Of a DNA stretch of 64,000 nt, positions 1 to 9,062 are shown piece by piece; the first letter of the stretch is position 1, and each line of letters starts with the position of its first letter. This stretch comes from Bacillota bacterium. GTDB lineage: Bacteria; Bacillota; Clostridia; Peptostreptococcales; Anaerovoracaceae. The stretch covers positions 414 to 64,413 of the forward strand of contig JBPOJA010000026.1 in the NCBI GenBank assembly GCA_052034085.1, written 5' to 3'. Below the pieces are notes generated by a model that was given only the letters and a program-made list of their open reading frames with translations, was not told the origin of the DNA and did not search any database. The position numbers and the translations under genes were made by a program.

Positions 1-973
1 CATCGTAGAGACTTTCAATTTCTATATGATGATCTTTCGAAAGTGGCCAGTGGACCGGGCAATAAATATTGTTTCTAATAAGGTGTTGCTTCAAAGCATC
101 GCGTTTGCCCGCCTTGCTCAAAACAGGGACAAATAGAGGGGTATCTTCTGCTGTTATGTTAGATATCTCTATGCCATTGTAAGCACTTAAGCCTTCAATT
201 AAATATTTCGCATTGGTTCTGCGTGTATTTTTTATTGTATTAATATCTAAATGAGTAATCAAATTTGTAAATACATCTGGGATACCATATTCCTTGTAAT
301 CAGCCTCGATAATGCTTTCGGCTTCACAGAAAAGGCTTAGAAAATCTTCCTTGTTACCTTCTTTATTAGATATGTACTTCCCCTTCAAAAGAGCTGCTTG
401 TTTCCTCAAATCAATATACTTCTGATTTATCTTTTGGGGATTTCCTGAGATGAAATCTCCGGATTGTTTCTTGGCGATTGCACCACATGCCAATCCGGTC
501 CATTTCCGAAAGCTGGCAAATACATAATCCGATTCATTGCTATATGGTTTTTCTGAAAACCATGAGTGTGTTGCATCCTCTATAACGATGCATCCCTTCT
601 CTTTGACTTTCCTTATAGTTTCCTTAACTTCCTTGTCGATGAAACCAAAGTACTGCATAATCAGTATCGCATCGCATTCAACAGTACTATCAAAATTAAT
701 TGCATGCTCATATTTACCGTTATTGAAAACAATTTCATAAAACTTCACATTAATGCCATTATCCAAAAAAGGTTTTATCATTGTATGGCAACAATATGTT
801 GGAAGCATCACCCTGTTAAAACGATTTTCTGCTTTGATATCTTTGATAATATAATCGAGCGCTGTCCTTCCTGTAAGCAAAAAACGGAGGTTTTCATTGA
901 CTTTCAAAGTAGGAGTGCCACTTAGCTCCACTTCCCAAAATTCGCCGCCAATTTCACTATTTACCCTATTCAT
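1..973 (-). CDS. DegT/DnrJ/EryC1-like PLP-dependent aminotransferase-fold protein (3' end cut by window edge)
   Basis: Own translation of the minus strand from ATG 973-971: MNRVNSEIGGEFWEVELSGTPTLKVNENLRFLLTGRTALDYIIKDIKA...IEDATHSW...FASFRKWTGL... The frame is open to position 1. It is absent from the ORF track because there is no stop in the window. The ATG overlaps the stop of the upstream GNAT gene (ATGAATAG). Confidence 0.5.
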   Translation of the reverse strand, partial: MNRVNSEIGGEFWEVELSGTPTLKVNENLRFLLTGRTALDYIIKDIKAENRFNRVMLPTYCCHTMIKPFLDNGINVKFYEIVFNNGKYEHAINFDSTVECDAILIMQYFGFIDKEVKETIRKVKEKGCIVIEDATHSWFSEKPYSNESDYVFASFRKWTGLACGAIAKKQSGDFISGNPQKINQKYIDLRKQAALLKGKYISNKEGNKEDFLSLFCEAESIIEADYKEYGIPDVFTNLITHLDINTIKNTRRTNAKYLIEGLSAYNGIEISNITAEDTPLFVPVLSKAGKRDALKQHLIRNNIYCPVHWPLSKDHHIEIESLYD

Positions 974-1526
974 CCCAGTAGTTGTTCCCCTTAATGAGTT
1001 CCAAATAATCTTCTCTCAAGATTCCAACTACAAGTTCATCATGATAAGCATTTGTTTTAAATATAGCTTTTCTTTTTATGCCTTCAACTTTCCACCCACA
1101 CTTATCACAGTATAATTTTTTTGACCCTTCATTATAATCAACAATGGCTCCATCCAAGCGATTAAGATTGAGTTCTTCAAAAGCATAGCGCATTACTGCC
1201 ATAACGGTGTCTGTCCCAATCCCTTTTTGGCGATTCCGTTTGTTAGATATCTTTATTCCATGAAAAGCAGACCTATTTTTCCAGTTAATATTAAAAATAT
1301 TTGCATAGCCAACAGCTTCGCCATTATCTGTCTCTATGATAAGCCTTAATTCATTGGTTGTTTGTAGACTATTTTTGTACCAATCCATTTGTTGCTGCAT
1401 TGAAATCGGGAAACTATATCCCCCAACCATTCTTTCGATTTCAGGATCATTAACCATCTCCCTTAATAATTCCTGGTCTTTTTCCTCCATAGCTCGCAAT
1501 GTAACGAATTTACCTTTTATATTCAT
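966..1526 (-). CDS. GNAT family N-acetyltransferase (RimJ/RimL-like)
   Basis: 186 aa with GNAT-type motifs (RQKGIGTDTVMAVMRYAFEELNLNRL). There is a 4-nt overlap with the upstream sugar transferase gene, and the gene sits in a glycan-gene context. Confidence 0.8.
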   Translation of the reverse strand: MNIKGKFVTLRAMEEKDQELLREMVNDPEIERMVGGYSFPISMQQQMDWYKNSLQTTNELRLIIETDNGEAVGYANIFNINWKNRSAFHGIKISNKRNRQKGIGTDTVMAVMRYAFEELNLNRLDGAIVDYNEGSKKLYCDKCGWKVEGIKRKAIFKTNAYHDELVVGILREDYLELIKGNNYWDE

Positions 1527-2146
1527 TTTATCCCCTCTTTTTGCCTATAAACATTAAAATCTTCGAGCGAATTAACTCCCCTAACTCCAATATCAGAGCG
1601 GTTTATTACAATCCTGACAGTATCAGTGATAATTCTTATATCCCCTTTTAGTGTTATATCTTCAATATATTTCACATCAAATCCAAACCGCTCTTCCCAA
1701 GATGTGCGATTCCTTCCATTTACTTGAGCAAGCCCAGTTAATCCAGGACGCACATTATGCCGCTGTTTTTCTCGTTCGTTATAGTGTGGCAAATATTCGA
1801 CAGCTAAGGGTCTTGGCCCTACGATGCTCATATCTCCTTTTAGTATATTCCATAATTCTGGGAGTTCATCCAATGATGTAGACCTGAGCCACTTGCCAAA
1901 GCTTGTGAGCCTTTCGCTATCGGGCAGAAGCTTACCCTCTTCATCTTTTTTATCGGTCATGGTCCGGAATTTATATAAGGTAAAGATTTTTTCGTTCAAA
2001 CCGGGCCGATTTTGCTTGAAGATTACCGGGCTGCCCAATTTTATTCTCACAAGAAGGGCTATTACTGCAAGCACCGGCGAAAGGACGATTAGAGCTATCA
2101 GAGCTAGTGTAAAGTCTAATATTCTTTTGAAATATTTCCGGTACAT
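1523..2146 (-). CDS. Small bacterial sugar transferase (undecaprenyl-phosphate sugar-phosphotransferase, PglC/EpsL type)
   Basis: 207 aa with an N-terminal TM helix (ILDFTLALIALIVLSPVLAVIALLV). It carries the motifs GSPVIFKQNRPG, YKFRTM, DELPELWNILKGDMSIVGPRP and PGLTGLAQV, which are typical of this family. Confidence 0.85.
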   Translation of the reverse strand: MYRKYFKRILDFTLALIALIVLSPVLAVIALLVRIKLGSPVIFKQNRPGLNEKIFTLYKFRTMTDKKDEEGKLLPDSERLTSFGKWLRSTSLDELPELWNILKGDMSIVGPRPLAVEYLPHYNEREKQRHNVRPGLTGLAQVNGRNRTSWEERFGFDVKYIEDITLKGDIRIITDTVRIVINRSDIGVRGVNSLEDFNVYRQKEGIK

Positions 2147-2193
2147 CTATAGATAATCTCTAATTTACTGTAGTTGCGAACGCCATATAATGA

Positions 2194-2376
2194 TCAAATG
2201 TATTGTTCACTGATCTTATTTCGCAAATCAGCAAGAGCCTCTCTGGCATCATAAACTTTCCTTTGTTCTGCTTGTTCAAGTCCTTCTGTCAGCTTTTCAT
2301 AAATTTCAGCATCTGTCATAAACTCTGCATTTACTGAATCAGGAGCTAATTCTATGTTGGTTTTCTCACTGTTCAT
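2194..2376 (-). CDS. Small antitoxin-like protein (orphan, no cognate toxin adjacent)
   Basis: 60 aa counted from the internal ATG (MNSEKTN...). The C-terminal pattern EIYEKLTEGLEQAEQRKVYDAREALADLRNK resembles small ParD/RelB-class antitoxin tails. The assignment is by resemblance only. Confidence 0.3.
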   Translation of the reverse strand: MNSEKTNIELAPDSVNAEFMTDAEIYEKLTEGLEQAEQRKVYDAREALADLRNKISEQYI

Positions 2377-2457
2377 ATAAGGGCACCACATTATCAATCA
2401 TCAAAAACTCTTTGCTTACTTTACCTTCTGCATAAGACCCAAAAAGACTGCATTTGT

Positions 2458-2646
2458 TTAATAACACTCTTCCGCAAACAGGATCAACTTCTTGACGTCT
2501 GCTATGTTTTTTGTGGCTAGTTGGTAAATGTTTTTCTTGTCAATTGCAAGATATTGAAACTCAATAATATTCCGTTGGTCCAGCAATTTCTTATAACTTT
2601 CAAATTCGGCCTGGCTTATGAGCTCCTTATCTTTTGTTTGTTTATA
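2458..2646 (-). pseudogene. HepT (DUF86/HEPN) toxin C-terminal fragment, no start codon
   Basis: Own translation: YKQTKDKELISQAEFESYKKLLDQRNIIEFQYLAIDKKNIYQLATKNIADVKKLILFAEECY*. It contains a degenerate R-N-x-x-x-H-x-Y HEPN motif (RNIIEFQY, with H replaced by F). It has no ATG/GTG/TTG start with an RBS. An MNT-like scrap (SLFGSYAEGK...) follows in another frame. Confidence 0.4.
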
Positions 2647-2652
2647 TCAGCA

Positions 2653-3855
2653 CTAACCACTTTGTAATACTTTTCTGATTATCCCGCAGACCCTGTCCAG
2701 GTCTTCATCTGTCATTTTTGTGTCGCTGGGCAGGCATACACCATGTTCAAATAACTCCCGGGCCACGGACCCGTCGGCCTGCTCGGCACCCTTGCCCACA
2801 CCGGCCTCGCTTGTTGCCGTCACAAAATCGTACTTCTCAAAATAAGGCTGGAGATGCATGGGCTTCCAGATGGGCCTGGCTTCTATGTTTTCTGCCTCAA
2901 GGGCATCCATGATTTTGTCCGGCAGGCTTTTGTCCGCAAGGAGCATACAGGTCAGCCAGTAGTTTGGCTCATTCCAGTGGTTTTCCGGCATAAAGCTAAT
3001 TCCGGCAAGGTCGCCTAAGGCCTTTTTATAATAGTCAAATATATATTTTTTCTTGGCAACTCTTTGGTCCAGGACCTTCAGCTGGCCCCTGCCTATGCCG
3101 GCGGCTATGTTGCTCATACGGTAGTTGAAACCCAGTTCGCTGTGCTGGTAATGCCTGGCCGGGTCCCTCGATTGGGTGGCCCACTTTCTTACCTTTTGGA
3201 TTTTTTCCGGGTCCTGGGAAATCAGCATTCCTCCCCCGGATGTGGTGATGATTTTGTTGCCGTTAAAACTGAAAATGCCGTAATCGCCAAAAGTCCCCGT
3301 TTGTCTGGTTTTATAGCTGGTCCCCAGAGATTCGGCTGCGTCTTCTATCAGGATGGTCCCGTAGTTTTGGCAAAGCTCTAAAATGGGGTCTAAGTCTGCC
3401 GCCAGGCCATAAAGATGGACCACTATTACCGCCTTTGGCAACTGACCTTGTTGGGCGTATTTTTCAAAGGCTTTTTTCAGTGCCACCGGGTCCATATTCC
3501 AGGTCTTAAGGTCGCTGTCTATGAAAACGGGTGTGGCTCCACAGTAGATTATGGGGTTGGCTGTGGCTGAAAAGGTCAGGCTCTGACAGAAAACCACATC
3601 CTTCTGGCTGCCGCTTTCGCCACCGGCCCTTCCTCCGACTCCTGCAGCCAGCAGGGCCAGATGAAGAGCTGCTGTCCCGGAGGATAAGGCAGCCGCCTGG
3701 CCGACCCCCACTTTTTCGGCAAATTCTGTCTCAAAAGCATCCACATTGGGCCCTAAGGGGGCTATCCAGTTTGTGGCAAAGGCTTCTTCGATATATTGTT
3801 TTTCAAAGCCCTCCTGGCTCATATGAGGGGAGGACAGGTATATGCGATTTTTCAT
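2653..3855 (-). CDS. DegT/DnrJ/EryC1/StrS family sugar aminotransferase (PglE/EpsN-like)
   Basis: From the internal ATG at 3855 the protein begins MKNRIYLSSPHMSQEGFEKQYIEEAFATNWIAPLGPNVDAFE, a typical N-terminus for this family. The motif FSFNGNKIITTSGGGML places the PLP lysine. The 37-codon upstream extension in the ORF track looks non-coding. Confidence 0.85.
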   Translation of the reverse strand: MKNRIYLSSPHMSQEGFEKQYIEEAFATNWIAPLGPNVDAFETEFAEKVGVGQAAALSSGTAALHLALLAAGVGGRAGGESGSQKDVVFCQSLTFSATANPIIYCGATPVFIDSDLKTWNMDPVALKKAFEKYAQQGQLPKAVIVVHLYGLAADLDPILELCQNYGTILIEDAAESLGTSYKTRQTGTFGDYGIFSFNGNKIITTSGGGMLISQDPEKIQKVRKWATQSRDPARHYQHSELGFNYRMSNIAAGIGRGQLKVLDQRVAKKKYIFDYYKKALGDLAGISFMPENHWNEPNYWLTCMLLADKSLPDKIMDALEAENIEARPIWKPMHLQPYFEKYDFVTATSEAGVGKGAEQADGSVARELFEHGVCLPSDTKMTDEDLDRVCGIIRKVLQSG

Positions 3856-4049
3856 TTTATAATATTGGTTATTGTTTTGAGTAGAGCGGATTCTTCGATT
3901 TGTTTTGGGCACAGCTTCGCCCTCCGGGCCCCTGGCCCGGCTTTTTTCGTGTCCCCCATGACGCACACGAGACTTGCGTCACTTTGACACTTGCTATGAC
4001 ATCCCGGATTTGGCAACGCGCCTGGCGACGATTGCGAAAAACGGGAATT

Positions 4050-4078
4050 TGTGGCCGGCCTCTTCTTTCGCCGGCCTT
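4050..4078 (-). terminator. GC hairpin downstream of the wHTH gene
   Basis: GGCCGGC-N10-GCCGGCC stem about 20 nt after the stop at 4099. The T-tract is weak. Confidence 0.35.
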
Positions 4079-4098
4079 CCTGCCTCCCTGCCTTCCAG

Positions 4099-4653
4099 CT
4101 AGAGGTCCAGGCCCTCCAAAATGTTGACCTTTTCGGCTGCCTCTAAGCGGTCAGCAGGCGTATCTGATGCCGGACCTAAGTGCTGATCTTCCCAGTAAAA
4201 AACTACTGTCTTGCCGGCCTTTTCCCCGGAACCGGCTCCATCATTGGCAGCCGGCAGGCCCACCTGATAAGGAATCTTCCCTTCCTTCAGAGCCAGAGCT
4301 GTAATCTCCATAATCTCATCCTTGGCGCCTGCCAGGTAAATATCAAAGCCCCTGTCAGCATAACTGCTCCCCAGAGTCATGACTTTTTCCGACATGGCCC
4401 GGACAGCTATATAGGATTTTCTCATGTAGCGCATGGTCTTTTCAGCCAATGTAGCCATGCCCTTGGGAGTCAGATGATACTGCATGGACTTGGCTGTCTG
4501 CCCTTCGATTTTTACCAGACCAATGGATACGAATTTTTTCAACAAAAAATTGACCTGGCCAAGGGAAATGCCCATTTTCTGAGCGATTTTCCGTTGGGAG
4601 GTCTCGGGGTCTTTTGCAACTATATCTAAAATGTCCAATTCCTGCGTGTTCAT
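4099..4653 (-). CDS. Winged helix-turn-helix transcriptional regulator (MarR-like N-terminus plus uncharacterised C-terminal domain)
   Basis: The N-terminus ILDIVAKDPETSQRKIAQKMGISLGQVNFLLKKFVSIGLVKIE is a classic wHTH. The gene is divergent from the AAA ATPase gene. Confidence 0.6.
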   Translation of the reverse strand: MNTQELDILDIVAKDPETSQRKIAQKMGISLGQVNFLLKKFVSIGLVKIEGQTAKSMQYHLTPKGMATLAEKTMRYMRKSYIAVRAMSEKVMTLGSSYADRGFDIYLAGAKDEIMEITALALKEGKIPYQVGLPAANDGAGSGEKAGKTVVFYWEDQHLGPASDTPADRLEAAEKVNILEGLDL

Positions 4654-4893
4654 CGTATGAACAGTATAGCCCGGCTGGAATAAATAGTCAACAGTATCTG
4701 AACAAAATCAAAGTAGTCAAGAAAAATCATTATTTTTTGACTTTTCCTGACCACTTAATCGACTTTTATGTCCAAAACTTGGTTAAAATTGAAACTTTTC
4801 GACTTTCAGGTCAAAAACTATTTACTTTTCTTCATTTTCGGTTATACTGGATGCAAGAAGTCGCCTCAAGGCAGTGCTAAGGAGGGGTAAAGC

Positions 4894-6123
4894 ATGACAA
4901 AGCTTATTAATAGGCCGGATTATATGAAAAAGCTGATGGAACATAAAGATACGGATCTTGTAAAAATCATCACAGGAATCCGACGGTGTGGAAAGTCCTC
5001 CTTGCTTGATTTATTTCATAGAGACCTCCTGGCCCAAGGTGTTCCCGAAAGCCATATCATACACATGAATATGGAATCCCTTAAGTACCAAAATCTATCC
5101 GACTATATGTCCTTTTATAATTATGTCAGCAATGCGATAACAAGCGGGCGCAAGACTTACCTTATTTTCGACGAGCTCCAGGCGGTAACAGGATGGGAAA
5201 AAGCAATCGAATCCTTCCGGCTTGACTTTGATGTAGATATTTATATAACAGGATCTAATGCTTATTTACTCTCCACTGAGTTCTCCACTCTGCTGGCTGG
5301 GCGCTATGTCGAAATTCGGGTTCTTCCCCTTTCATTCAAGGAATTCCTGACCTTTTATGATTTTGAGCCTGGTGCGACAATGGAAGAGCAATTCCAGAAG
5401 TATCTTCAATTTGGCGGTATGCCGGTACTGGGGCAATATAAGTTCAACGAGGCCCGAAGCAATGAGGCATTGGAAGGAATCTATGCAACAGTGGTGCTAA
5501 AGGATATTCTGCAAAGAAACCCTGCTTCCGACCAAAGTGTTTTGCATAAAATCGCCCTGTTTTTATGCGATAACATCGGAAGCCTGACATCGCCTAATAG
5601 TATCGGAAATGTGCTCTCTGCAGAAGGAGAACTTGAAGGTAGAAAAGGGAAAAATATTGCAGGCAAAACCATAAATCGCTATATTTCCATGCTGGAAAAT
5701 GCCTTTGTTTTTTACCCGGTTGGCAGGTACGATATTAAAGGCAAACAACTTTTGAAAACTCTGGGGAAAAACTATATTGTGGATTTGGGCTTCAGGAATC
5801 TTTTGCTTGGTTATCGGGATGCAGACCGGAGCCATATTCTTGAAAATGTGGTATTTCTGGAACTCCTTCGCAGAGATTACCGAGTTTCCGTTGGCAAAGT
5901 TGGAGAAAGGGAAGTTGATTTTCTTGCAGAAAAACCGGGAGACAAGCTATATATTCAAGTAACTGAATCCTTATCCTCAGAAGAAGTCAGAGAGCGGGAA
6001 TTGCGCCTCTTATTGCAAATACCGGACAATTATGAAAAAATCATTCTCTCTATGGACAGAAGCTTTATCCAATCCTATGACGGTATCAAGACCCTTAATC
6101 TGATGGATTGGCTACTAAATTAA
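4894..6123 (+). CDS. AAA_14 / DUF4143 ATPase
   Basis: 409 aa with Walker A GIRRCGKSS and Walker B LIFDELQ. The overall layout is typical of the AAA_14 + DUF4143 family. Confidence 0.8.
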   Translation: MTKLINRPDYMKKLMEHKDTDLVKIITGIRRCGKSSLLDLFHRDLLAQGVPESHIIHMNMESLKYQNLSDYMSFYNYVSNAITSGRKTYLIFDELQAVTGWEKAIESFRLDFDVDIYITGSNAYLLSTEFSTLLAGRYVEIRVLPLSFKEFLTFYDFEPGATMEEQFQKYLQFGGMPVLGQYKFNEARSNEALEGIYATVVLKDILQRNPASDQSVLHKIALFLCDNIGSLTSPNSIGNVLSAEGELEGRKGKNIAGKTINRYISMLENAFVFYPVGRYDIKGKQLLKTLGKNYIVDLGFRNLLLGYRDADRSHILENVVFLELLRRDYRVSVGKVGEREVDFLAEKPGDKLYIQVTESLSSEEVRERELRLLLQIPDNYEKIILSMDRSFIQSYDGIKTLNLMDWLLN

Positions 6124-6185
6124 GAAGAAAAGATCAAATAAGCCCCCGGTTTCCCCAGAGGCTTGTCCTCTTTCCACAATATCAT

Positions 6186-7019
6186 CTAATACAACTTCGG
6201 TATGTCCACTTCCTTGTTAAAGCTGAATTCCGGTGTGGGGAATTTGCCTTCAATTGATTCCCGGCGGAATTCGTTGAGGGCATTTACCATGATTTCCCTT
6301 ATGTTGGCATACTGCTTGACGAACTTGGGTTTGAAGTCGCCGTACATGCCCAGCAGATCCTGGGTTACCAGCACCTGGCAATCAACATGGGGTCCTGCGC
6401 CGATGCCCAAAACGGGTATGCTGACCGCTTCTGCAACGGCTTTACCAACTACTGACGGAACGCATTCCAGCACGAATGAGAAGCAACCGGCTTCTTCCAG
6501 AGCCTTGGCATCTTTAATGAGTTTTGCCGCGCTTTCAGGTGTGCCCCCCTGCACTTTGAATCCGCCCAGTGAAGATGCGGTCTGAGGAGTAAGGCCGATG
6601 TGACCCATTACATTGATGCCTGCGTTGACTATGGCCTTGATGCGTGAAAGCATTTCCACTCCGCCTTCCAGCTTGATACAGTCGCAACCGGTTTCCTTGA
6701 TCAGCCTGTTGGCATTTCTCACTGCCTCTTCGTCGCTTACGTTGTATGAACCAAAGGGCATGTCGCCCACTATCCATGTGTCCGGGGCGCCTTTTACCAC
6801 GGGCCTGATGTGGTGAACCATGTCGTCCATGGTCACGGCTTCGGTGCCCTTGTAGCCCAGCATAATCATGCCCAGGGAGTCACCCACCAGAATGATTTCC
6901 ACGTCGCTTTCGTTGACGATGGAAGCCATGGTGTAGTCATAAGCCGTTACATAGCTGAATATCCTGCCTTCTTCCTTGAACTTCTTGAAATCCTGAATGG
7001 TCATTTTTGTTTTTGCCAT
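6186..7019 (-). CDS. panB: 3-methyl-2-oxobutanoate hydroxymethyltransferase
   Basis: 277 aa. The motifs TAYDY, ILVGDSLGM, GDMPFGSY and KLEGG are characteristic of PanB. Confidence 0.9.
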   Translation of the reverse strand: MAKTKMTIQDFKKFKEEGRIFSYVTAYDYTMASIVNESDVEIILVGDSLGMIMLGYKGTEAVTMDDMVHHIRPVVKGAPDTWIVGDMPFGSYNVSDEEAVRNANRLIKETGCDCIKLEGGVEMLSRIKAIVNAGINVMGHIGLTPQTASSLGGFKVQGGTPESAAKLIKDAKALEEAGCFSFVLECVPSVVGKAVAEAVSIPVLGIGAGPHVDCQVLVTQDLLGMYGDFKPKFVKQYANIREIMVNALNEFRRESIEGKFPTPEFSFNKEVDIPKLY

Positions 7020-7064
7020 TTAATATGCCTCCTTTGATTAATTGTTTCTGATTATCATAGAGTA

Positions 7065-7766
7065 TCATAACATATCATCGCCTGTTTGTATAACCATATA
7101 TTCGTGTTCAAGAAGATTGATTGACAGGATTTTGTGTCTCAGGATGTCGCCCCGGCCCAGGAGGACTTTCATGGCCTCGGCCACCTGAATGGAAGCCACC
7201 ACGGGCGGCGTAAAAGCGGGAGTGCCCAGCTCTTTTTCGATGCCTCCCTCCGTCTGGTCTCCGTAGAGTTTTTCCAGCACCCTGTCCCCGGGAAATATGA
7301 CGGCAACCTGGCCGTACCATCCTCCGATTGCTCCGTGAACCAGTGGGATTTCCTCCTTTTCGCAGGCTTTTTCCAGCACCAGCCTGGTTTCGATGTTGTC
7401 CAGGGCATCAACGACCAGGTCGTGACCTTTTATCAGATCGACGGCGTTTTCCTCTGTGATTTTCCGGTGGTGCGTGGCGACCTGCACCTCGGGATTGACC
7501 AGTTTCATCCTTTCCCGGGCTGATTCCACCTTGCTTTTTCCATGGGTAAAGTCGGTTGCCAGTATCTGCCTGTTGAAGTTTGTATCCTCAAAGACATCAT
7601 TGTCGACAACCGTCAAATGCCCTACTCCCAGTCTTCCCAGTTCTTCCAGCGCGTAACCTCCAAGTCCTCCGCAGCCTGCTATGAAAATCCGAAAGCCTTT
7701 AATCTTTTCGTTTTCCGCAGGAGAAAAGGTTTTCATGTTTCTTTCGTATCGTTTGTCCAATATCAT
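7065..7766 (-). CDS. ThiF/HesA/MoeB-family E1-like adenylyltransferase
   Basis: 233 aa. It has the Rossmann motif IAGCGGLGGYALEELGRLGVGHLTVVDNDVFEDTNFNRQ. Confidence 0.8.
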   Translation of the reverse strand: MILDKRYERNMKTFSPAENEKIKGFRIFIAGCGGLGGYALEELGRLGVGHLTVVDNDVFEDTNFNRQILATDFTHGKSKVESARERMKLVNPEVQVATHHRKITEENAVDLIKGHDLVVDALDNIETRLVLEKACEKEEIPLVHGAIGGWYGQVAVIFPGDRVLEKLYGDQTEGGIEKELGTPAFTPPVVASIQVAEAMKVLLGRGDILRHKILSINLLEHEYMVIQTGDDML

Positions 7767-7782
7767 TCCCTTTTCTACACGC

Positions 7783-9033
7783 TTAGTAAGGGCTTTTGAT
7801 AATAAATTTATTTCTGTCTGAGCAAAGATAACTCATGTTCGATGACACTTCAATATCCATGAGATGTGAAGTGTCCTGTATTTTTACGATTTTTGCATTG
7901 TTTACATCGATTTTTTCACATGTCATAATCGCAGCTCTGAGCGCTTCTTCTTCGTTATCCATTATGATGGGGATTTTACCTGCCTCCGGCTCCCCTGCTG
8001 CTATGCAGTTTGTGTAAGTAGCCTGAAGATCAATTTCATCATAAGCCTCCTTTGTGATGTAATCCGCCAGGCCCACGCCGGTGGCATTGTGATGTGTTTT
8101 TTCCGTCAATCCAGAAATAATTATCCTTTTTATCGTGGGCCCATCATAATTTCTGATTACTTCCTTATTGACTCTCCCAACAATTTTAGGATCCATCCCT
8201 GCGCCGGAAATATTTTTCCCTATCTGCTTAATAATCAACACATCTATTTCCTTGAACTGCAATTTCGGCATCAGTTTTTTACTAAGTTCGAGCAGCCGCG
8301 GCTCTTCAGTCAATATATCAGTCCCCTTCACTACTTCTATTGTATGAACAAAATCATGCGCATTTTCAACGATTGCAATTCCAAAAGGGACATTTACTTT
8401 TTCTAAAACGATTTCTGCAGCTTTTGGTATTAGCTCTCCAAAACTTGCGAAACCTTCCATATGTAGTCGGGAACAACCATTATGTTTGCCTATCCCAATT
8501 GAAAGCATTTTGCATAATCCGCTTTCAATTGGGCCTTCAAAGTCCGTGTGCTGCTTCACACGGACTATTGGTATTACAAAATCGGCTTTTAAAGCGTCCT
8601 TTGCAACATGAACGGGAATATTACCGTCAATTTTGCCTACTATCTCAGTATCCATGTTTGATACGATGGGGACTCCCATGTTTTGTTCAGTAATGCCATA
8701 GCTTTCAATTATTTTCTGTTGTTCCGAAGCTATCCCTCCGCCATGACTGCCCATTGAAGGCACAATAAATGGTTTTAGTCCATTTTCGACAAGGGAATCA
8801 ATCGTAGCCTTAACAACTATGTCCAGGCTTGCAATACCGCGGCTTCCTACTAACAAAGCAACCGTTTTTCCACTATCCAAAGTACTTAAAATGTCTTTCT
8901 TGTTGATCTGTTCTCTGACTACTGACGGTATCCTGTCAGCATCAATTTTACTGTCATCAAACAGCTGAGTTACTTTTATCATTTTCGGAAGCTTGATTTT
9001 GTAAGCTTCTTGTGGCAGTACATTCATTTCCAT
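7783..9033 (-). CDS. LarA-like (DUF2088, lactate-racemase N-terminal domain-like) protein
   Basis: 416 aa. Its size and N-terminal half (GKTVALLVGSRGIASL...PSMGSHGG) resemble DUF2088/LarA-type proteins from memory. This was not verified by search. Confidence 0.4.
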   Translation of the reverse strand: MEMNVLPQEAYKIKLPKMIKVTQLFDDSKIDADRIPSVVREQINKKDILSTLDSGKTVALLVGSRGIASLDIVVKATIDSLVENGLKPFIVPSMGSHGGGIASEQQKIIESYGITEQNMGVPIVSNMDTEIVGKIDGNIPVHVAKDALKADFVIPIVRVKQHTDFEGPIESGLCKMLSIGIGKHNGCSRLHMEGFASFGELIPKAAEIVLEKVNVPFGIAIVENAHDFVHTIEVVKGTDILTEEPRLLELSKKLMPKLQFKEIDVLIIKQIGKNISGAGMDPKIVGRVNKEVIRNYDGPTIKRIIISGLTEKTHHNATGVGLADYITKEAYDEIDLQATYTNCIAAGEPEAGKIPIIMDNEEEALRAAIMTCEKIDVNNAKIVKIQDTSHLMDIEVSSNMSYLCSDRNKFIIKSPY

Positions 9034-9062
9034 ACCTTCTCTAGGTTAAACTAATAAGAGCA

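Noticed and set aside
3924-3947. A clean intrinsic-terminator-like hairpin on the plus strand (CCGGGCC-CCT-GGCCCGG followed by CTTTTTTCG).
   Set aside because: There is no plus-strand gene upstream of it. It lies in the 5' leader region of the minus-strand DegT gene and within the dubious N-terminal extension of that ORF. Its function is undetermined, so it is not reported as a feature.
3856-3966. Long N-terminal extensions offered by the ORF track for DegT (to 3966), the EBP (to 23725), recO (to 45023), prmA (to 53649), glpK (to 60424), hemW (to 61746) and HgdA (to 22100).
   Set aside because: In each case except the EBP, the conserved family N-terminus starts at an internal ATG/GTG, usually with a better Shine-Dalgarno. 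The extension is repeat-derived, overlaps the upstream gene, or has no RBS. For the EBP I chose the internal ATG only on its Shine-Dalgarno-like sequence, and 23725 remains possible.
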